Assembly (NCBI GenBank): GCA_020137815.1
Contig: CM035352.1
Location: 1,984,001 to 2,048,000 of the forward strand
DNA: 64,000 bases
Direction of reading: 5' to 3'
DNA from: Hormiphora californensis
Taxonomy: Eukaryota > Animalia > Ctenophora
The notes under the pieces are model-generated. The model had not been told where the DNA came from and searched no databases. It worked only from the letters and a program-made list of their open reading frames with translations. The translations under genes were made by a program, and so were the position numbers. Within the stretch, counting starts at the first letter, position 1. Each line of letters opens with the position of its first letter. Shown here piece by piece: positions 45,016-58,867 of this stretch.

Positions 45016-48000
45016 CTATACATTGTCTCGAAATTGTTCATAAATCCTCCTGTCCAGTTCCCTCACATACCATTCTGTACTGTCGTCACCAGGATCACCA
45101 CTGTCTGAAAATTGTATAGAATTAATAATACACAATTAAAATACTTTCTTGAGCATACATTTTTTATAATTATTGTCTAAATTGACACCAGGAGGGTTTA
45201 TAATTTCTTTATTTCATCTGATTTACCATTTTTAGAGTCCTTGAAAAGGCGAGTTATGAGAATCCGAAGTGCTTTGTACAGGGAATAAATTGCATTTAGA
45301 GGCGCTAGGGGAACTACAAAGTGGTTCTCACTCTCCTTTATCAGCTGTAACATTGTTGGTTAGCCTTTCTTTATATAACCATGCAGTTATATGTAACAAG
45401 ATCTTGTGAAATCTTTAATTAGGATACAACTCTTTATCTAACCCGATGTATATTTTGTACCTTATAACATTGTATCTGCCAGAGTTGCTGACTTTCATCA
45501 TAATCTGTTTCATAGGTTTTACTGAAGATTGAGATAAGCAGATTGGTGAGGAGTACCACTGTTGTCAGGGAATATACGCCAAGAAGAATCCGGGCGGTGT
45601 ATCTGAAAAATTTGTGAAATTCATAATCACTGCTGTGCCACTGAACTAGTTACTGTGTGTGAATCACTGTGTCGCACTATGCAGCTCACTGAGTAGGGGT
45701 TTTATTTTAGAAAGTTTGACTTTCATCCTAAAAAATTTGACTTTTATCCTCAAAAATATAGTTTGAATTCTCAATAGTATAGTTTTAATCCTAAAAAGTA
45801 TAGTTTTAATCCTAAAAAGTAAAGTTTTAATCCTAAAAAGTATAGTTTGAATCCTAAAACGTATAGTTTGAATCCTAAAACGTATAGTTTGAATCCTGAA
45901 ACGTATTGTTTGAATCGTACTTGAATGCAATGCATTGTTTGCTACAAGTGTAGTCGGAGCAGTCAATTTTGTCTTCCTCTGAGTTTAGCGCTGATTCGTA
46001 CTGACAAACTCCTTGTTCCACCTATAGATTGAATTCGGTTGTCATCTCACAGTTTCGGATACAATATGAGTAGTGTTTTTTAGTACTAAGTAGATTGACA
46101 ACTCAAAATATTATATCTTTGACAGTCTGTTTGTTGTTACTCACCCCAGCTTCAAAGTTGTCCAGATCGAGTTCTCCAAACATGTTGATATAGGGCCGTT
46201 TGATGACCTCCAGTGCTCCTGGGATACTGCTCCTTTTCGGCATTGGATGCACCAGGAACTCTGAATATGTGTGTGTCAGACAGATTATACCGTTGCTATG
46301 TAACCACTATACGTTGCTATGTAACCACTATACGTTGCTATGTAACCACTATACGTTGCTTGGTAACCACTATACGTTGCTATGTCACCACTATACGTTG
46401 CTATGTAACCACTATACGTTGCTATGTAATCACTATACGTTGCTATGTAACCACTATACGTTGCTATGTAATCAATATACGTTGCTATGTCACCACTATA
46501 CGTTGCTATTACCTGAGATGATACCATATCCGAACATTGCCAGTATCAGGAAAGAAACGAAGAACATCAAATTACCTACCTGCAGAAAAGAAAGTGATTG
46601 ACTTGTTTCCAATCATATCAATTATCGGAGCAAAGGAATTCGTCACTTTTTGATTAGGGAAGACGAAAAAACAAGACCAATATATTATAACCTTACCATT
46701 TTCTTGATGGTTATGATTTTAGGCCCGATTACTTCAAACATTTGAAGAAACAGTGTAAACCGGATGAAGAAACATATGTAGGACAGTGACACTGCAAGAA
46801 ATTATCACTGTGTTAGAAATTAGATATTATATGCACCGTCATCTTGTGTTGAGTTGAACAAAAATTCAAACTCTTGTGATACCCCAAACCAACCGCGATC
46901 TGCGTGCATCATCAAATGTGTATGGCAGATTGTATGGGAGATGATGCTCACATATTATGATGTTAATTCTATTTATTTTACCTAAAGCTTTCCCGGCTAA
47001 AAACACTCCCTCCTCGGTGCCGTAGAAGAGTGCAAGGGGAGTGTAGAGTAGGAAAGTAGTAGATGAAACTAAATCCAGTTTGTTGTATGATGATGACACA
47101 TACACTTTCAGTCTTGTCCAGAATGTTTTACATGACACCTAGAGATGATGGATTGTGTACTCCCCCCCCCCCTCTACACAATGTGCCGGGGTGGAGGGGT
47201 GTTTCGAAACTTTGTGTGATGATTGTAGCAGGTAGTAGATTGTACAAGGATGAGAATTATTGGAATGTATCTCATACCTGTTCTATATCCAGCTCCCCCA
47301 ATAAAAAGGAAATGCACATGATGGCACACACGCCAATAAGGATCGTTAACCGTTCCTTATCTGCTTCCCACGACACCCTGTCTGGTCCATCTATATCTTC
47401 TATGTAAGCTGATCTTATCCGGGTGTTATCCAGGACCACCAGCGTCATCAGCAGCAGGAATACCAAATACGTTATCTGATATATGGGAATACCAAATACG
47501 TTATCTGATACATGGGAATACCAAATACGTTATCTGATACATGGGAAGTTATCAGCAACCGACCGAAACAAGTAAACAACCAATCAGAACTCGTTATTTA
47601 GGTCACGTGACTGGTTATCAGCCAATCAGGGACCAGTATTGCCTGATTCGGTCGGTTCCTGGAAGTTATGGAATGCAGTGCTAAATACGGTAAACTGGTC
47701 GGTCTATAATAATTGTCGCTGTAGAACTAACCAATCTCAATTAGAAAGTGTTCTCCTTCCGGCTGGACAAAAAGACAACATATTAACTGTGAGGCTAATA
47801 TACAATCGACCGATCCTTGGCCTTATCCCCATCACAACTATAAAGTTTATAGTATAAACCAGTATTAGCTAGCTCATTTCAGCTACACTTACCATTAAAA
47901 CGAAGCATTTCGTTCGACAGGATGTCCAGAATGCCTTCCACTTTTCGCAGTATCCCTTCTTTTCCGTGGTAGTTGAAAGAAACACATCCAGCTCCTTTTT

Positions 48001-51000
48001 GACGCTGTTTTTCGTCACCTATAACGAGATGATATTGTTTTGTTCAAACTCTTTTGAGACTTGCCTAGCTAGACTGTGTTTCGTGCGCCCCGCCCGCGAA
48101 ATACAGTCTAGGATATTTGTATACCGTCCTATTCCGTGTACTGCACTGTGGGGACTCACGTGCGCGTGATGAGTGCTGAAATGAGTAAACTGCGCTCTCC
48201 CTCGTACTTTAATTACTGTCTCTCACTTTGATTGAGAGAGATAGCTGATCAGTGATCACATAGACGAGCTGATCACGTGACCAAGAGTGTACAAAAACAC
48301 ATAACCCTTCTTTACAAATGTAAAGGAGGGTTAGAACATAACAATTTGAGACAGGGTCGAGCCAGACAGCAGAGTTGATACATACTTGATAATTGTTATG
48401 TTCTAACCCTCCCTTTACATTTGTAAAGGGGCTCGCGAAAGGCAGTCTAGCTTGGCAACTTGATAACATGTATGTCAAGATGGAAATATCACAAAATTCT
48501 GTGACCAGCCCCAGAATCACTTCCAAATTAAAAATGTGGCTATCAATTATTTTGTAGCTCTTACAAACTTGATCATCCTCGGAGTAAGAAGACCGAGAGT
48601 CAGAATTCCAAAGATAATCTGCCAATAACTCGTGTGTATGTCAATCGCACCATTCCATTTGTTTTTGATGCAGTTGTATACATTGCTCTTCATAGATAAC
48701 AAGCTGTAGCACTTCGTACCGTTGACCATTGTCATTATCGACTGAAAGATAATCAACTTTTCGTGGATAAAATATTTTACGTCAAACTTGAAACTTGCTA
48801 CTTCATTTTTATTTGATAAGGTTTACATCGACGATCTAGTTTTAGACTTTGAAGTAAAAATCATACGTTCCAGGAAAAGTTTTTGTGCTGTAGGAATATC
48901 ATGGGTCCAATGTCGTAATCAGTCTCCTTGTCCACCCAAACTGCAATCTCTAATAGCTCATTGCTGATATCACTATAGAAACGTATTACGAATTACGAGT
49001 GGCATAACGATATGATGATGAGTCATCATATCAATCATTGTTTAAATGTTCTAACCCTCCTAGCCTTTAAATTTGTATTTCGTGGGCGGGGGGCGCGAAA
49101 CACAGTCTAGCTAGTCAAATCAATCATTGGTTCATGTGTATCGAGAGAGGGTTGGTTACTATGTTACTACCTGATTTGGTTGCTATGTCACTACCTGATA
49201 ATTTCATCCACTTCATTGCAATCAACTTTGCCTCCAGAACCCCTCTCTCTTATCTTGACTAAAGCTCCTAGTGCTAAGTAGCACTTTAGTAATCTATTGG
49301 GGCTGTGCTGCCTGATCACTTTAACCAGATCCCAGTCATAATTGAAGCAGTTGAATATGTAGACTGCGTCCTCTAGAGACATGGCATAGTCACATGTACC
49401 GTGTCCCAGCATCTCGTTAAGTTCGTCGCTCAGTTTACTTTTGAGTGCTGGGATGTATGATACCTAAAATGCATAAAAATCTCAAAAACAGTCGAAAATT
49501 GGCACATTTTAATGGCAGATCTGTGATTGATAAACCCTACCAAAAACCTACCAAGTCGTTTTTTTGTTTCTCATTCATGGCCATCCATTTCCTCATTCTA
49601 CCACATAGTTTCTCTGTAAATGGAGTCTGGGCTCGCGAGATAATGTAGTCAATTCGCTCGAGGTCACCAGGAAGATAAGGGTGGAGAACCAGGCTTTCAT
49701 CGAATCCGCTTTTAAGGCAGAAATCTGAAGCATTTTTTTGTAACTAGTAAAAAAAGCATGTACCTCAGATCAGATTCATACTTCAGATCTCTTGAAATGT
49801 TTTTACCTAAAAGATCATAATGCCGGTAGAAGTGTATAAGGGATCCCAGTTTCTGCTGAACACCGGCCCCTTTCGTGGCAGCGATCACGTCCTCGCAACT
49901 GTCCTTTCCAGAGTGCTTTAGACCAAGCTGGAGGTTCAGGTGAAACTTGAGGTATTCAGGCCTCCTGCAAGGATTGGTTGAATACATGACTCACCCGGTT
50001 AGGCGTCCCAAACCCCAACCTATATTACCCGTGCGCTAATTAGCTTTGAGAATCAAAATAGGCAGTGTTTTAAACCGCTTTGTACTAACCTAAAAAGCTT
50101 CTGCTCCTGTATATCAGTGATTCCTAGTTTTCGATTTTCCGTCAGGTGATCCCTCAAAAGTTCCTTTAACTCTAGAACTGTAATTGCTGGATCTTTCACC
50201 ACCTTGAAGTGAGCCTGAAAATTGAACGAGTAATATCAATATGTATACGGTCTGGTGCTGCACCAGACTAGTGGTGCAGACCAGTATGGTCTACTCTACT
50301 TCGTGTTAAAATTTCACCGGGTACGCCACGTGGTAGGTAAGAGCACAGCTGAATTTTAGTTGTTTGATACAAAACCTTGTCAATAATGAGGGTTTCATCG
50401 TCTGTCATCACAACTGTCGGGACCTCTGCATCCATCACCTCCTGAGGGATACCCTCACCAGATTTAACGAGGACAAAGTTGACAATGGGACACACGTGCA
50501 ATGTGATCCCCTCTATCTGAGCTCTGTGTCCATCTGAAGAGAGAGAGGTAGAATTACTCAAGTTCAGCGGAGATTCAAACATTCCATCGTGCGTCGTGTA
50601 AATGTTCATTTTACTTGCACGGAGTGTTGATCTAAACTCCAGGAAGTTAATCATTGTTGGTCTTACCATTGTCAAAATGTTTAGCGAGGGACTGGGTAAA
50701 GGAGATAAAACTTGGAATATCGGGAGGCACCTCAGGAAAAAGAACTGCCCGGGATTGTTGAATAAGAGACATGACTTTGAAATCTAGCTTTGGTGATCCC
50801 TTGTGAAGAGTCTGTAAAAAACATCATTTTGGTTACAATGATCCAGACAATATTTAGGAGTCTCAATATAATTAGATAAAAAGTCATTTCGTTACAAGAT
50901 ATTACGTGTGTGTAGTACTGTGTACTGTGTGTGTGATTTTCACCTTTTTTGTGGTAGGAGTCAACTCTTCCTTCTGCACATCGCTGAGGCTTTCCCAGGG

Positions 51001-52921
51001 TTTCACCACGACAATGTTTGACGCCACTGCACGGCTAGTTTTCTTCTTTCTCCGGCTCTTCAGATGAATCAAATGCTCGTCCACATAGTCAGGGTTGAGA
51101 AATGTCCAGGCGTTTACCTCATCGCAGAGCTCTAGCAAAGCCTTGGTCCGTCCGTGGGACTTTGGGTGGACGTCCCCTCCTAGTAGAATAATGTGTGATA
51201 AAACTCGCGATGAATCGAACATCTTCTATCACTAGCGCACCCATTGGGTGCGCCTCAAGTAAGGGCTTTTTGATAACCCACCCCTTTCATCGTCAATAAC
51301 ATGGTTGCCATGGCAACTGAATTGGTAACTCTGGGGACTGGCATGTTAAAAGTCATTCGAAAATAATAAAAAACTTCCACTGGAAGTTCCAAAAGTGTGG
51401 AACAGCTTTACAGCTTTGTGCACAAAGAGTATTTTATGAAGGAGCAGACTGTCGCTTAGATACCGCCTAACGAACGACTTCGACTTCGACGTGCAATTAG
51501 TAAACCAATTAGTAAACCAATTAGTAAACCAAGCTAGTCTCGAGACTCTCAAACCATGGTAAGTAAACACAAACTCTAAATGACTAGCGCACCCATTGGG
51601 TGCGCCTCAAGTAAGGGCTTTTTGATAACCCACCCGGCTTCGCCGGGTGGTTCTTTTTGCCCCTTTCAACGTCTATAAAACGGTTTCCATGGCAACTGAA
51701 TTGGTAACTATGGGGACTGGCATGCTTAAAGTCATTTGAAAATATTAACAAACTTCCACTGGAAGTTCCAAAAGTGTGCATGACAGCTTTACAGCTTTGG
51801 GCACATAAAGTGTTTTATGAAGGAGCACTGTCGCTTAGATACCGCTGAACGAACGGCCACCACTTCGACGTTCATCTCCAAATTATAATAGAGACTAGCG
51901 CACCCATTGGGTGCGCCTCAAGTAAGGGCTTTTTGATAACCCACCCGGCTTCGCCGGGTGGTTCTTTTCACCCCTTTCAACGTCAATAACACGGTTGCCA
52001 TGGCAACTGAATTGGTAACTATGGAGACTGGCATGTTAAAAGTCATTCGAAAATATTAACAAACTTCCACTGGAAGTTCCAAAAATGTAAATATCAGCTT
52101 CACAGCTTTGGCCACATAAAATGTTTTATGAAGGAGCACTGTCGCGTAGAAACGCACTGAACGAACGACCATCACGCGACACCTCCAAATTATAATAGAG
52201 ATTGTGTATCGATCCAGTTTTTCAAGAATAAAATCGAATCATATCAAGTATCAATCGTTCTGATATATTGGAGATATTATCGTACTTGATCGTACCGAAT
52301 ATGTTGAAAATAAAGTTTGGTTTTCCAAGTTTCCACTTCTCACTAAGTAACTTTATCACCGGCTCTTCGAATCCTTGCTTCGTTGCAAATCGCACGTACT
52401 TTGGCCTGATATTGTGAAAACGTTGTAAATATCGAAACGTATCCCGGTCCCCGCTAGGTCTAAGGACTAAGATTATGCCTACATAAATAGCTGGTTTAAA
52501 TGATTTTTTTGGTCCTTTGAGACAATGAGACTAGCAAACCTTGAATTGGATGTAACGGCCCATTTTCGTTCAATGATTCCATAACAGGTACATGGTTGTA
52601 ACGCCTCTCCCATTGATAGGTTGTTAGTTATGAAGTTGTCCGGTATATCATTATCTCTAATGTCTGGTTTTCCTCTTTCCGCCATCTCCATGTTGACCTG
52701 GTAGGACACAGATAATGTAGAATGTAGATCTGAATACTTGTTATGCTCTAACCTTCCCTTTACATTTGTTTCACGGGCGGGGCAACTGAATACCAAAACT
52801 CTTGGTTTCCTCAAACTATGAGTGCCAAAACTCGTCCGATTTGGTTTTCTCCAACCCCCTTACTAACCTCTACTGCTGCAGGTGCTTGATCCGAGGACTG
52901 GACTGGAACATATCCAGACAT
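45016..52921 (-). CDS. TRPM-like cation channel (multi-exon)
   Basis: N-terminal KYVRFA...LLSEKWKLGKPNFIFNIF|GGD, then KNKWNG, KAFWTS, YNKLDL, FEVIGPKIITIKKM, pore RPYINMFGELDL, S6 LLTNLLISIF and TRP-box-like QQLWQIQCY. Confidence 0.85.
45715..45915. repeat. 21-bp intronic minisatellite
   Basis: Unit TTTTAATCCTAAAAAGTATAG and variants. Confidence 0.85.
46287..46510. repeat. 21-bp intronic minisatellite
   Basis: Unit CGTTGCTATGTAACCACTATA, about 10 copies. Confidence 0.9.
47553..47661. mobile_element. Second copy of the 109-bp hAT-like MITE
   Basis: Same sequence as 42130-42238, with an 8-bp TSD, GAAGTTAT. Confidence 0.85.
48311..48428. repeat. Short dispersed repeat family (TGTTCTAACCCTCCTTTACATTTG), here as an inverted pair
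   Basis: Other copies near 38797, 39491, 49047, 52741 and 63648. Confidence 0.8.
51232..52201 (-). mobile_element. Three tandem non-autonomous Helitron-like units in a TRPM intron
   Basis: Minus strand starts A|TCTCTATTATAA. Each unit ends with the hairpin GCGCACCCAATGGGTGCG plus CTAG; the final end is CTAG|T. There is a perfect CTAG|TC head-to-tail junction at 51895/51894. Confidence 0.75.
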
Positions 52922-53102
52922 TGTTTTTAAGTAGACTCAACAAGACAGCGGGCCAACAAAACAAACTATACAAATGTCGACTTGAAACAAAGTGAGATCA
53001 TTAAAATTCATGAATTTGCAGAACACCTTTCAAGGATAGCTAACACCAAGTACAGAAAGGCTGCAGGAGGAAGGGTAGCGGTCAATGGAAATGTATACAT
53101 GA

Positions 53103-54442
53103 CACGGCGTGCCTGGTGAAATTTTAACACGACCTAGCATGCAACGGGAAACCACCACTTGTACGTGGTAGCTGAGGGTCTACAGAATGGCGCTACGGTG
53201 CGGGAAAAAAAAGTCCATGCCCTAAAATCGTTTTTTTTACTTTTATTTGATTTGGGTCAAAATTGGCTATATTAAACGTGGTCCCGAAAAATCCATAATG
53301 ACTTAGCACACGAAATATGTCACCCCTACCTATTTTTGCACGTAGAATCGATTGCCGTTGAAGTCGAATCTCTAAAATGACTGTAAAATGGTCAAAAGTT
53401 GATTTTTTACCATTTTTTGGAGGTTTTTGGCCCCTAAACCATTGAAAACGTTGAGATAGGAATTTGAAACTAGTGCAATCGTTAAAATGGTCATTTTTCT
53501 ACCAAGAACCAAGTTTTCGTGTATATCCGATTTATGGTTAGATTTGGGCAAATTGTTGAAATCTGCCAACTAGGAGAACCGTAACTTGATTTTCTTGTTT
53601 TTTGGATTTTGGCATTTTTGACAAACTTCTGATTGAAATGGTCAATCGGGACCATGCTTAAGTTGTTTATGGGACAATTTTCGACTAAAATCCAAGATTT
53701 CATACCAATCCAATAACAGATCGTTGATTTATAGAAAATTTAAGTAGGCAAAACGGTCAAAATAAGCAAGAAAAGTTGTCATTTTGACCGTTTTGCCTAC
53801 TTAAATTTTCTATAAATCAACGATCTGTTATTGGATTGGTATGAAATCTTGGATTTTAGTCGAAAATTGTCCCATAAACAACTTAAGCATGGTCCCGATT
53901 GACCATTTCAATCAGAAGTTTGTCAAAAATGCCAAAATCCAAAAAACAAGAAAATCAAGTTACGGTTCTCCTAGTTGGCAGATTTCAACAATTTGCCCAA
54001 ATCTAACCATAAATCGGATATACACGAAAACTTGGTTCTTGGTAGAAAAATGACCATTTTAACGATTGGCACTAGTTTCAAATTCCTATCTCAACGTTTT
54101 CAATGGTTTAGGGGCCAAAAACCTCCAAAAAATGGTAAAAAATCAACTTTTGACCATTTTACAGTCATTTTAGAGATTCGACTTCAACGGCAATCGATTC
54201 TACGTGCAAAAATAGGTAGGGGTGACATATTTCGTGTGCTAAGTCATTATGGATTTTTCGGGACCACGTTTAATATAGCCAATTTTGACCCAAATCAAAT
54301 AAAAGTAAAAAAAACGATTTTAGGGCATGGACTTTTTTTTCCCGCACCGTAGCGCCATTCTGTAGACCCTCAGCTACCACGTACAAGTGGTGGTTTCCCG
54401 TTGCATGCTAGGTCGTGTTAAAATTTCACCAGGCACGCCGTG
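53103..54442. mobile_element. Near-perfect foldback element (arms about 660 bp, loop about 17 bp)
   Basis: ATGA|CACGGCGTG...CACGCCGTG|ATGA; loop at about 53764-53780. Confidence 0.8.
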
Positions 54443-55446
54443 ATGATACATGACGGGTACATGACCTGTCATCAAGCTAGCTGGTGTACATACTGCTTGT
54501 TGTTGTGCATTACAGAAGCTTTTTGACAGGCGAACTATGGAGAGCTGATATACAAGTGGAGCAGGAAAACTAAACAAGAGGTAGTAGAGCGTATTCACGA
54601 ACAGGATGCTTAAACAGGGTAGGGGAAAAGCAATTAAAATGTCATCACACTCTCGACATGCACCTCTCACCTGGACAGTAATGTTAAATACACATACTAG
54701 AGAGACAGAGAGAGAGGCCGTGTAGTAAGAAAAGTGGGGAACAAGATCAGAGAGGGGAGAGAGAGAGAGCGGTTATGAGCTGCATGAGAGGATTCAGGAT
54801 TTGCGTGTATGTTTGTTTGTGGAAGCTATCCAATACCAACACTGGTTGAGAGTGAAGGAGAAGAGAGAGGTGTATAGGTATGATAATATTATACCTAATA
54901 ATATGACAGATGTAGAATTATATGGGGAGCATCAGGAAAGATAGAGTCCCAGCTGTGGTATGCTTGTTTATGAAATGTAGAATATAAGGAGCATTAAATC
55001 AGGTTCCTAAGACGTCGTATACAAACATAATACACAATATGAGGAGCATCAGGAAAGATGGAGTCCCCTCCTCTGCTGTTACCTCATGGAGTTTTCAGAC
55101 AAGGTAGGAAGTAGTATCAGATAACAAGCCAGTCAAAGAACGGAGTGTGTAGGATGTGACATTATTGTGTTACACATGAGAAATGGACACCGACAAGAAA
55201 TGATATATACGATAACAAATGTCTGAAAGGTTTTGAGAAAATAGTGGGTACAATTGCTTTCATGGACATCGCAATAATCCTTCCTCTCTCCCTCCCCTTA
55301 CTCGACAACTTCCTCCCGCCTCTCAAGATCATGTTGACTGAGGGAGCTGCAAAGGAATCAAGTGTTGTATCATGTATGTCAGATTCATAAAATAGACGTC
55401 ATCATCACAGTCCTAATGAATAGCCATGTTTGACTGTGATAAAGTT

Positions 55447-56796
55447 GGGGGGGGTTCAACCCTAAAAATTTCCATTGATACCCACTTTTTTGGCAAATGG
55501 AAATTTTATTTTGGAAATTTTTAGAAATTTTTGGAAATTTTTAGAATTTTTTGGAAATTTTTAGAAATTTTTAGAAATTTTTAGAAATTTATGGACAATG
55601 GAAATTTTTGGAAGTTTTTAGTAAATGGAAATTTTTAGAAATTTTTAGAAGTTTTTAGAAATTTTTAGAAATTTTTAGAAGTTTTTAGAAACTTTTAGAA
55701 GTTTATATAAGTTCGTCGGTAACCCAATTCCAAGGTAATGACAGATAATAATACAAATGTGGAAAATCTATAATGGTGCAGCACCAAACAGCACGAATAC
55801 CCGGTTTTACCATCATCAACGGCTCGGCATCCGAGCTGAGGTACCTACCCTATACAGTGGAGCACAGAAGTCATTCTCAACAAAATACTTCCACTCCTTT
55901 ACTGTGAGGGCCGCTCGGTTATGGAACACATTACCGAAAGAGGTTAATACAGCAGTTGGCTGGACCACTTCCCTGACAATCCACCTGTGAAGGGTTATTC
56001 TACCCGGAACAACAATTCTATCATGGACTGGGTTTTGGAGGTTCGAGCAAAAGGGGGATGCTGAAAGACTGACACCGTTTACGATTCTGTAATGAAGTTT
56101 ATTTATCAAGTTATCAAGTTATCAAGGTAATCTATGCATGTTTTCGACAGTAAGTTAGTACTTATTCTCGCTATATCCCTTATCGAGTTTAAAAAAGAGT
56201 TTAAGTTTCTATATTGTATGCTAAGAAACCTGATCTACTACGGTATTAAGCATTAGTCATGGTAAAAGGACCCGTCCGAAGGAATATTTAAAAGTAAGTT
56301 ACCAAATAGCACCTTATATAAGTACATAAGGTATCTTGTGCTATTTGGTAACTTACTTTTAAATCAGTTTTCGAGACGTCCGCGTCCTTAGTTGTCCAAT
56401 GAAGCTATGATTTCTGAAGAAATTGTACGGATTGCCCAAAAATATATGATATCGATGTCTTATCTATCATTCAATAACTTATTGATGCTCAGTTGTCACA
56501 AGAGGTAAGGAAAAGGAACCAGTTCTTCGACAACTGTGTTTATATATTTTCAAGTTTTTGTTAATTTTTCTTTTCTTGGTCAATGGAAATTTTTGGAAAT
56601 TTTTAGAAATTTTTAGAAATTTTTGGAAATTAATGGAAATTTTTGGAAATTTTTAGAAATTTTTGGAAATTTTTAGTACTAAAAACTTCTAAAAATTTCT
56701 AAAAACTTCTAAAAATTTCTAAAAATTTCTAAAAATTTCCATCGATACCCGGATTTTGGCAAATGGAAATGGAAATTTTTAGGTTGAACCCCCCCC
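55447..56796. mobile_element. TIR element with 11-bp subterminal tandem repeats and a 7-bp TSD
   Basis: TAAAGTT|GGGGGGGGTTCAACC...GGTTGAACCCCCCCC|TAAAGTT; GAAATTTTTAG arrays. Confidence 0.75.
55735..56125 (+). mobile_element. LINE (CR1/L2-like) 3' end nested in the TIR element
   Basis: MWKIYNG...HSFTVRAARLWNTLPKEV followed by a (TTATCAAG)n tail. Confidence 0.7.
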
Positions 56797-57747
56797 TAAA
56801 GTTACACAATGTACAAAAGTGGAAACAGCAGGAGACATTTACTTTTAGTCTTAAATCATTTACTTAGAAAAGTATACAGCACAAATCTGGAAAACTTTGC
56901 CAGGCAAAGATAGCTGCACTATAATGTATCTCCAGAACTGAGAAGGGTATCACTTCTAACTACAACTACCGTGTTGGCAAACGCTGCTGCCCCCCCCCCC
57001 CCTGGATAAGGCAGCGCTTTTCAAACTACTGTGCTGCTCGTGTGCTCGACAAATTCTCACCGATTGCACCAGCTCCCTACACCAGTTAAAAGAAGAAGAA
57101 GTCATACAATGCATTCTCAACACACACACACCGGCAATAATTATTGCCCATCCTGCAATTCACCAATAATCAAAGCCATTAGTCAATACTTCCTAGTTGA
57201 AGGCAGCAACACTAATAACGCTGAAAAATGAACTTCCTATATATATTAGACGAATATCATAAGATTTTTAGTATTTACCCTGCCTTTCTAGTACCTACCC
57301 CGGCTATCTCAAACTTCCAATCTAGTGTAGGTAGGTATGTATGCAGTACACTTTGGGACGTTTTGTTTGGGACATATTGTGAGCATGTTGTAGCCTATCC
57401 AATGATCTGTTTTGTGACTTGTTTAGTTTGTACGCCATTACACGCTGAATCCGAGCCTACAAAATCAGTCATTTTACACAAAATAATATCACTTTTTGCT
57501 ATTGTACCTACTGGTCACAATCCGAGTACACGAATGTTTAGTCATTTTCAAAAATGCCTCTAATTTCCGTAGATTTAACTTGTTTACTTTTGAGTTTTAA
57601 CCCCACATTCAAATTTTGCTACCACCATATATAAAGTGACTAAAACATGGTCAGAAATTATATTACATTGTCACTCCATCATATCATCCAATTTTAACTC
57701 ATGTTTAATTCCAAGAGACTACGGTGTTCCCAACACGATATATCTCT

Positions 57748-58526
57748 CTAGACAGCCTCACTCATTTCCATGCACTCCTGTATGAACACATCCATCTTCT
57801 TCTGCAGTTCACTGTGCTTGTTGTCCTTATGTTTCTTCTCCTGCTCCAGGTTGTGTAGTTCATTCTTGTTGCTGTCTATCACCCTCATGTTGTTCTCCAA
57901 CTCCAACTGAAACACATGTCGCGTCATGTTATATCATGTGAAACACACATGTGTAATTCTCAGACCGAGCAACATATAGTAGGGTGGGATATGGGTAGTA
58001 TGGGTCTGGAACACGTGTAATTCTTTGTTAAACCCTTCAACAAGTTGTTAAATTTTTTACTTTCTAACTGGGAGTATCGTGAAGGAAGGCCATTAAGAGA
58101 TTAAAACCGTTAAATCGTTCACTACATACCTCAAGAGTATTTATCAGTTTCTGATCCTCTTCATTTTCTGCAGTTACAGCCTCCAGCTCTTCATCCTTCT
58201 CATCGCACAAAGCTATCAGTCTTTCCTTCTCGCTCTGTTCCTGAAACATCGCTGGTTTTAGTTGTCTAGTTTTATAGTTGCTGGTTTTAACTACTGTTTC
58301 AGTTACGGATGTCTAACTATGTTACTGCTGCGCTGACAAGCACAAATGTGGCTCCGTCAGTTCCCGAAAACTTTATTCTTATCATAATTATATATGGATA
58401 TTTTCAACTGACCTCTTCCAGTTTCAGTTTCATCTCCTCGATCGATTTTTCTACACTGTCGATCCTCTCTTTCGCTTCTCGGGTCTGTTCCATCAACTTC
58501 TTGGTCATATTCTTTACCCGCTCCAT
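57748..58526 (-). CDS. Short coiled-coil protein, tropomyosin-like (3 exons, about 127 aa)
   Basis: Exons 58526-58413, 58240-58130 and 57906-57748 are all GT-AG and in frame: MERVKNMTKKLMEQTREAKER...ELENNMRVI...EMSEAV*. Confidence 0.6.
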
Positions 58527-58789
58527 TTTGACTGGTGAACAGCTACAAAAACTCGCTTCTCAAAACATTCAATATTAGATTTTTCAAAAGAAAAACAATT
58601 GTTTTCAAAAATCAATCAACAAATCAAACATTAGTGTAGGTGTGGAACACAAACAGTATAATGTAGTATAATAATTTTATCGCTGATAACAAAGCGAGCG
58701 TCACAGCCTGAAAGAAAGATGGGAGGAAGGAAGAGGCTATATATTGGAATGTGTCATCACTAGCAAGGGTGTAGTGACGAGGAGAATCC

Positions 58790-58802
58790 CGAGAAAGAGA
58801 GA

Positions 58803-58867
<65 letters not shown>

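Noticed and set aside
45664-46601. Repetitive ORFs (IQTIRFR, LCNHYTL)
   Set aside because: Translations of 21-bp intronic minisatellites.
50902-51222. ATG at 51222 as the TRPM start, with the Helitron in its promoter
   Set aside because: Upstream exons (52921 to about 52295) encode the TRPM N-terminal motif and splice in frame to an acceptor at 51180, so this ATG is intronic.
53372-54352. Identical ORF pairs on opposite strands
   Set aside because: By-product of the palindrome; no protein features.
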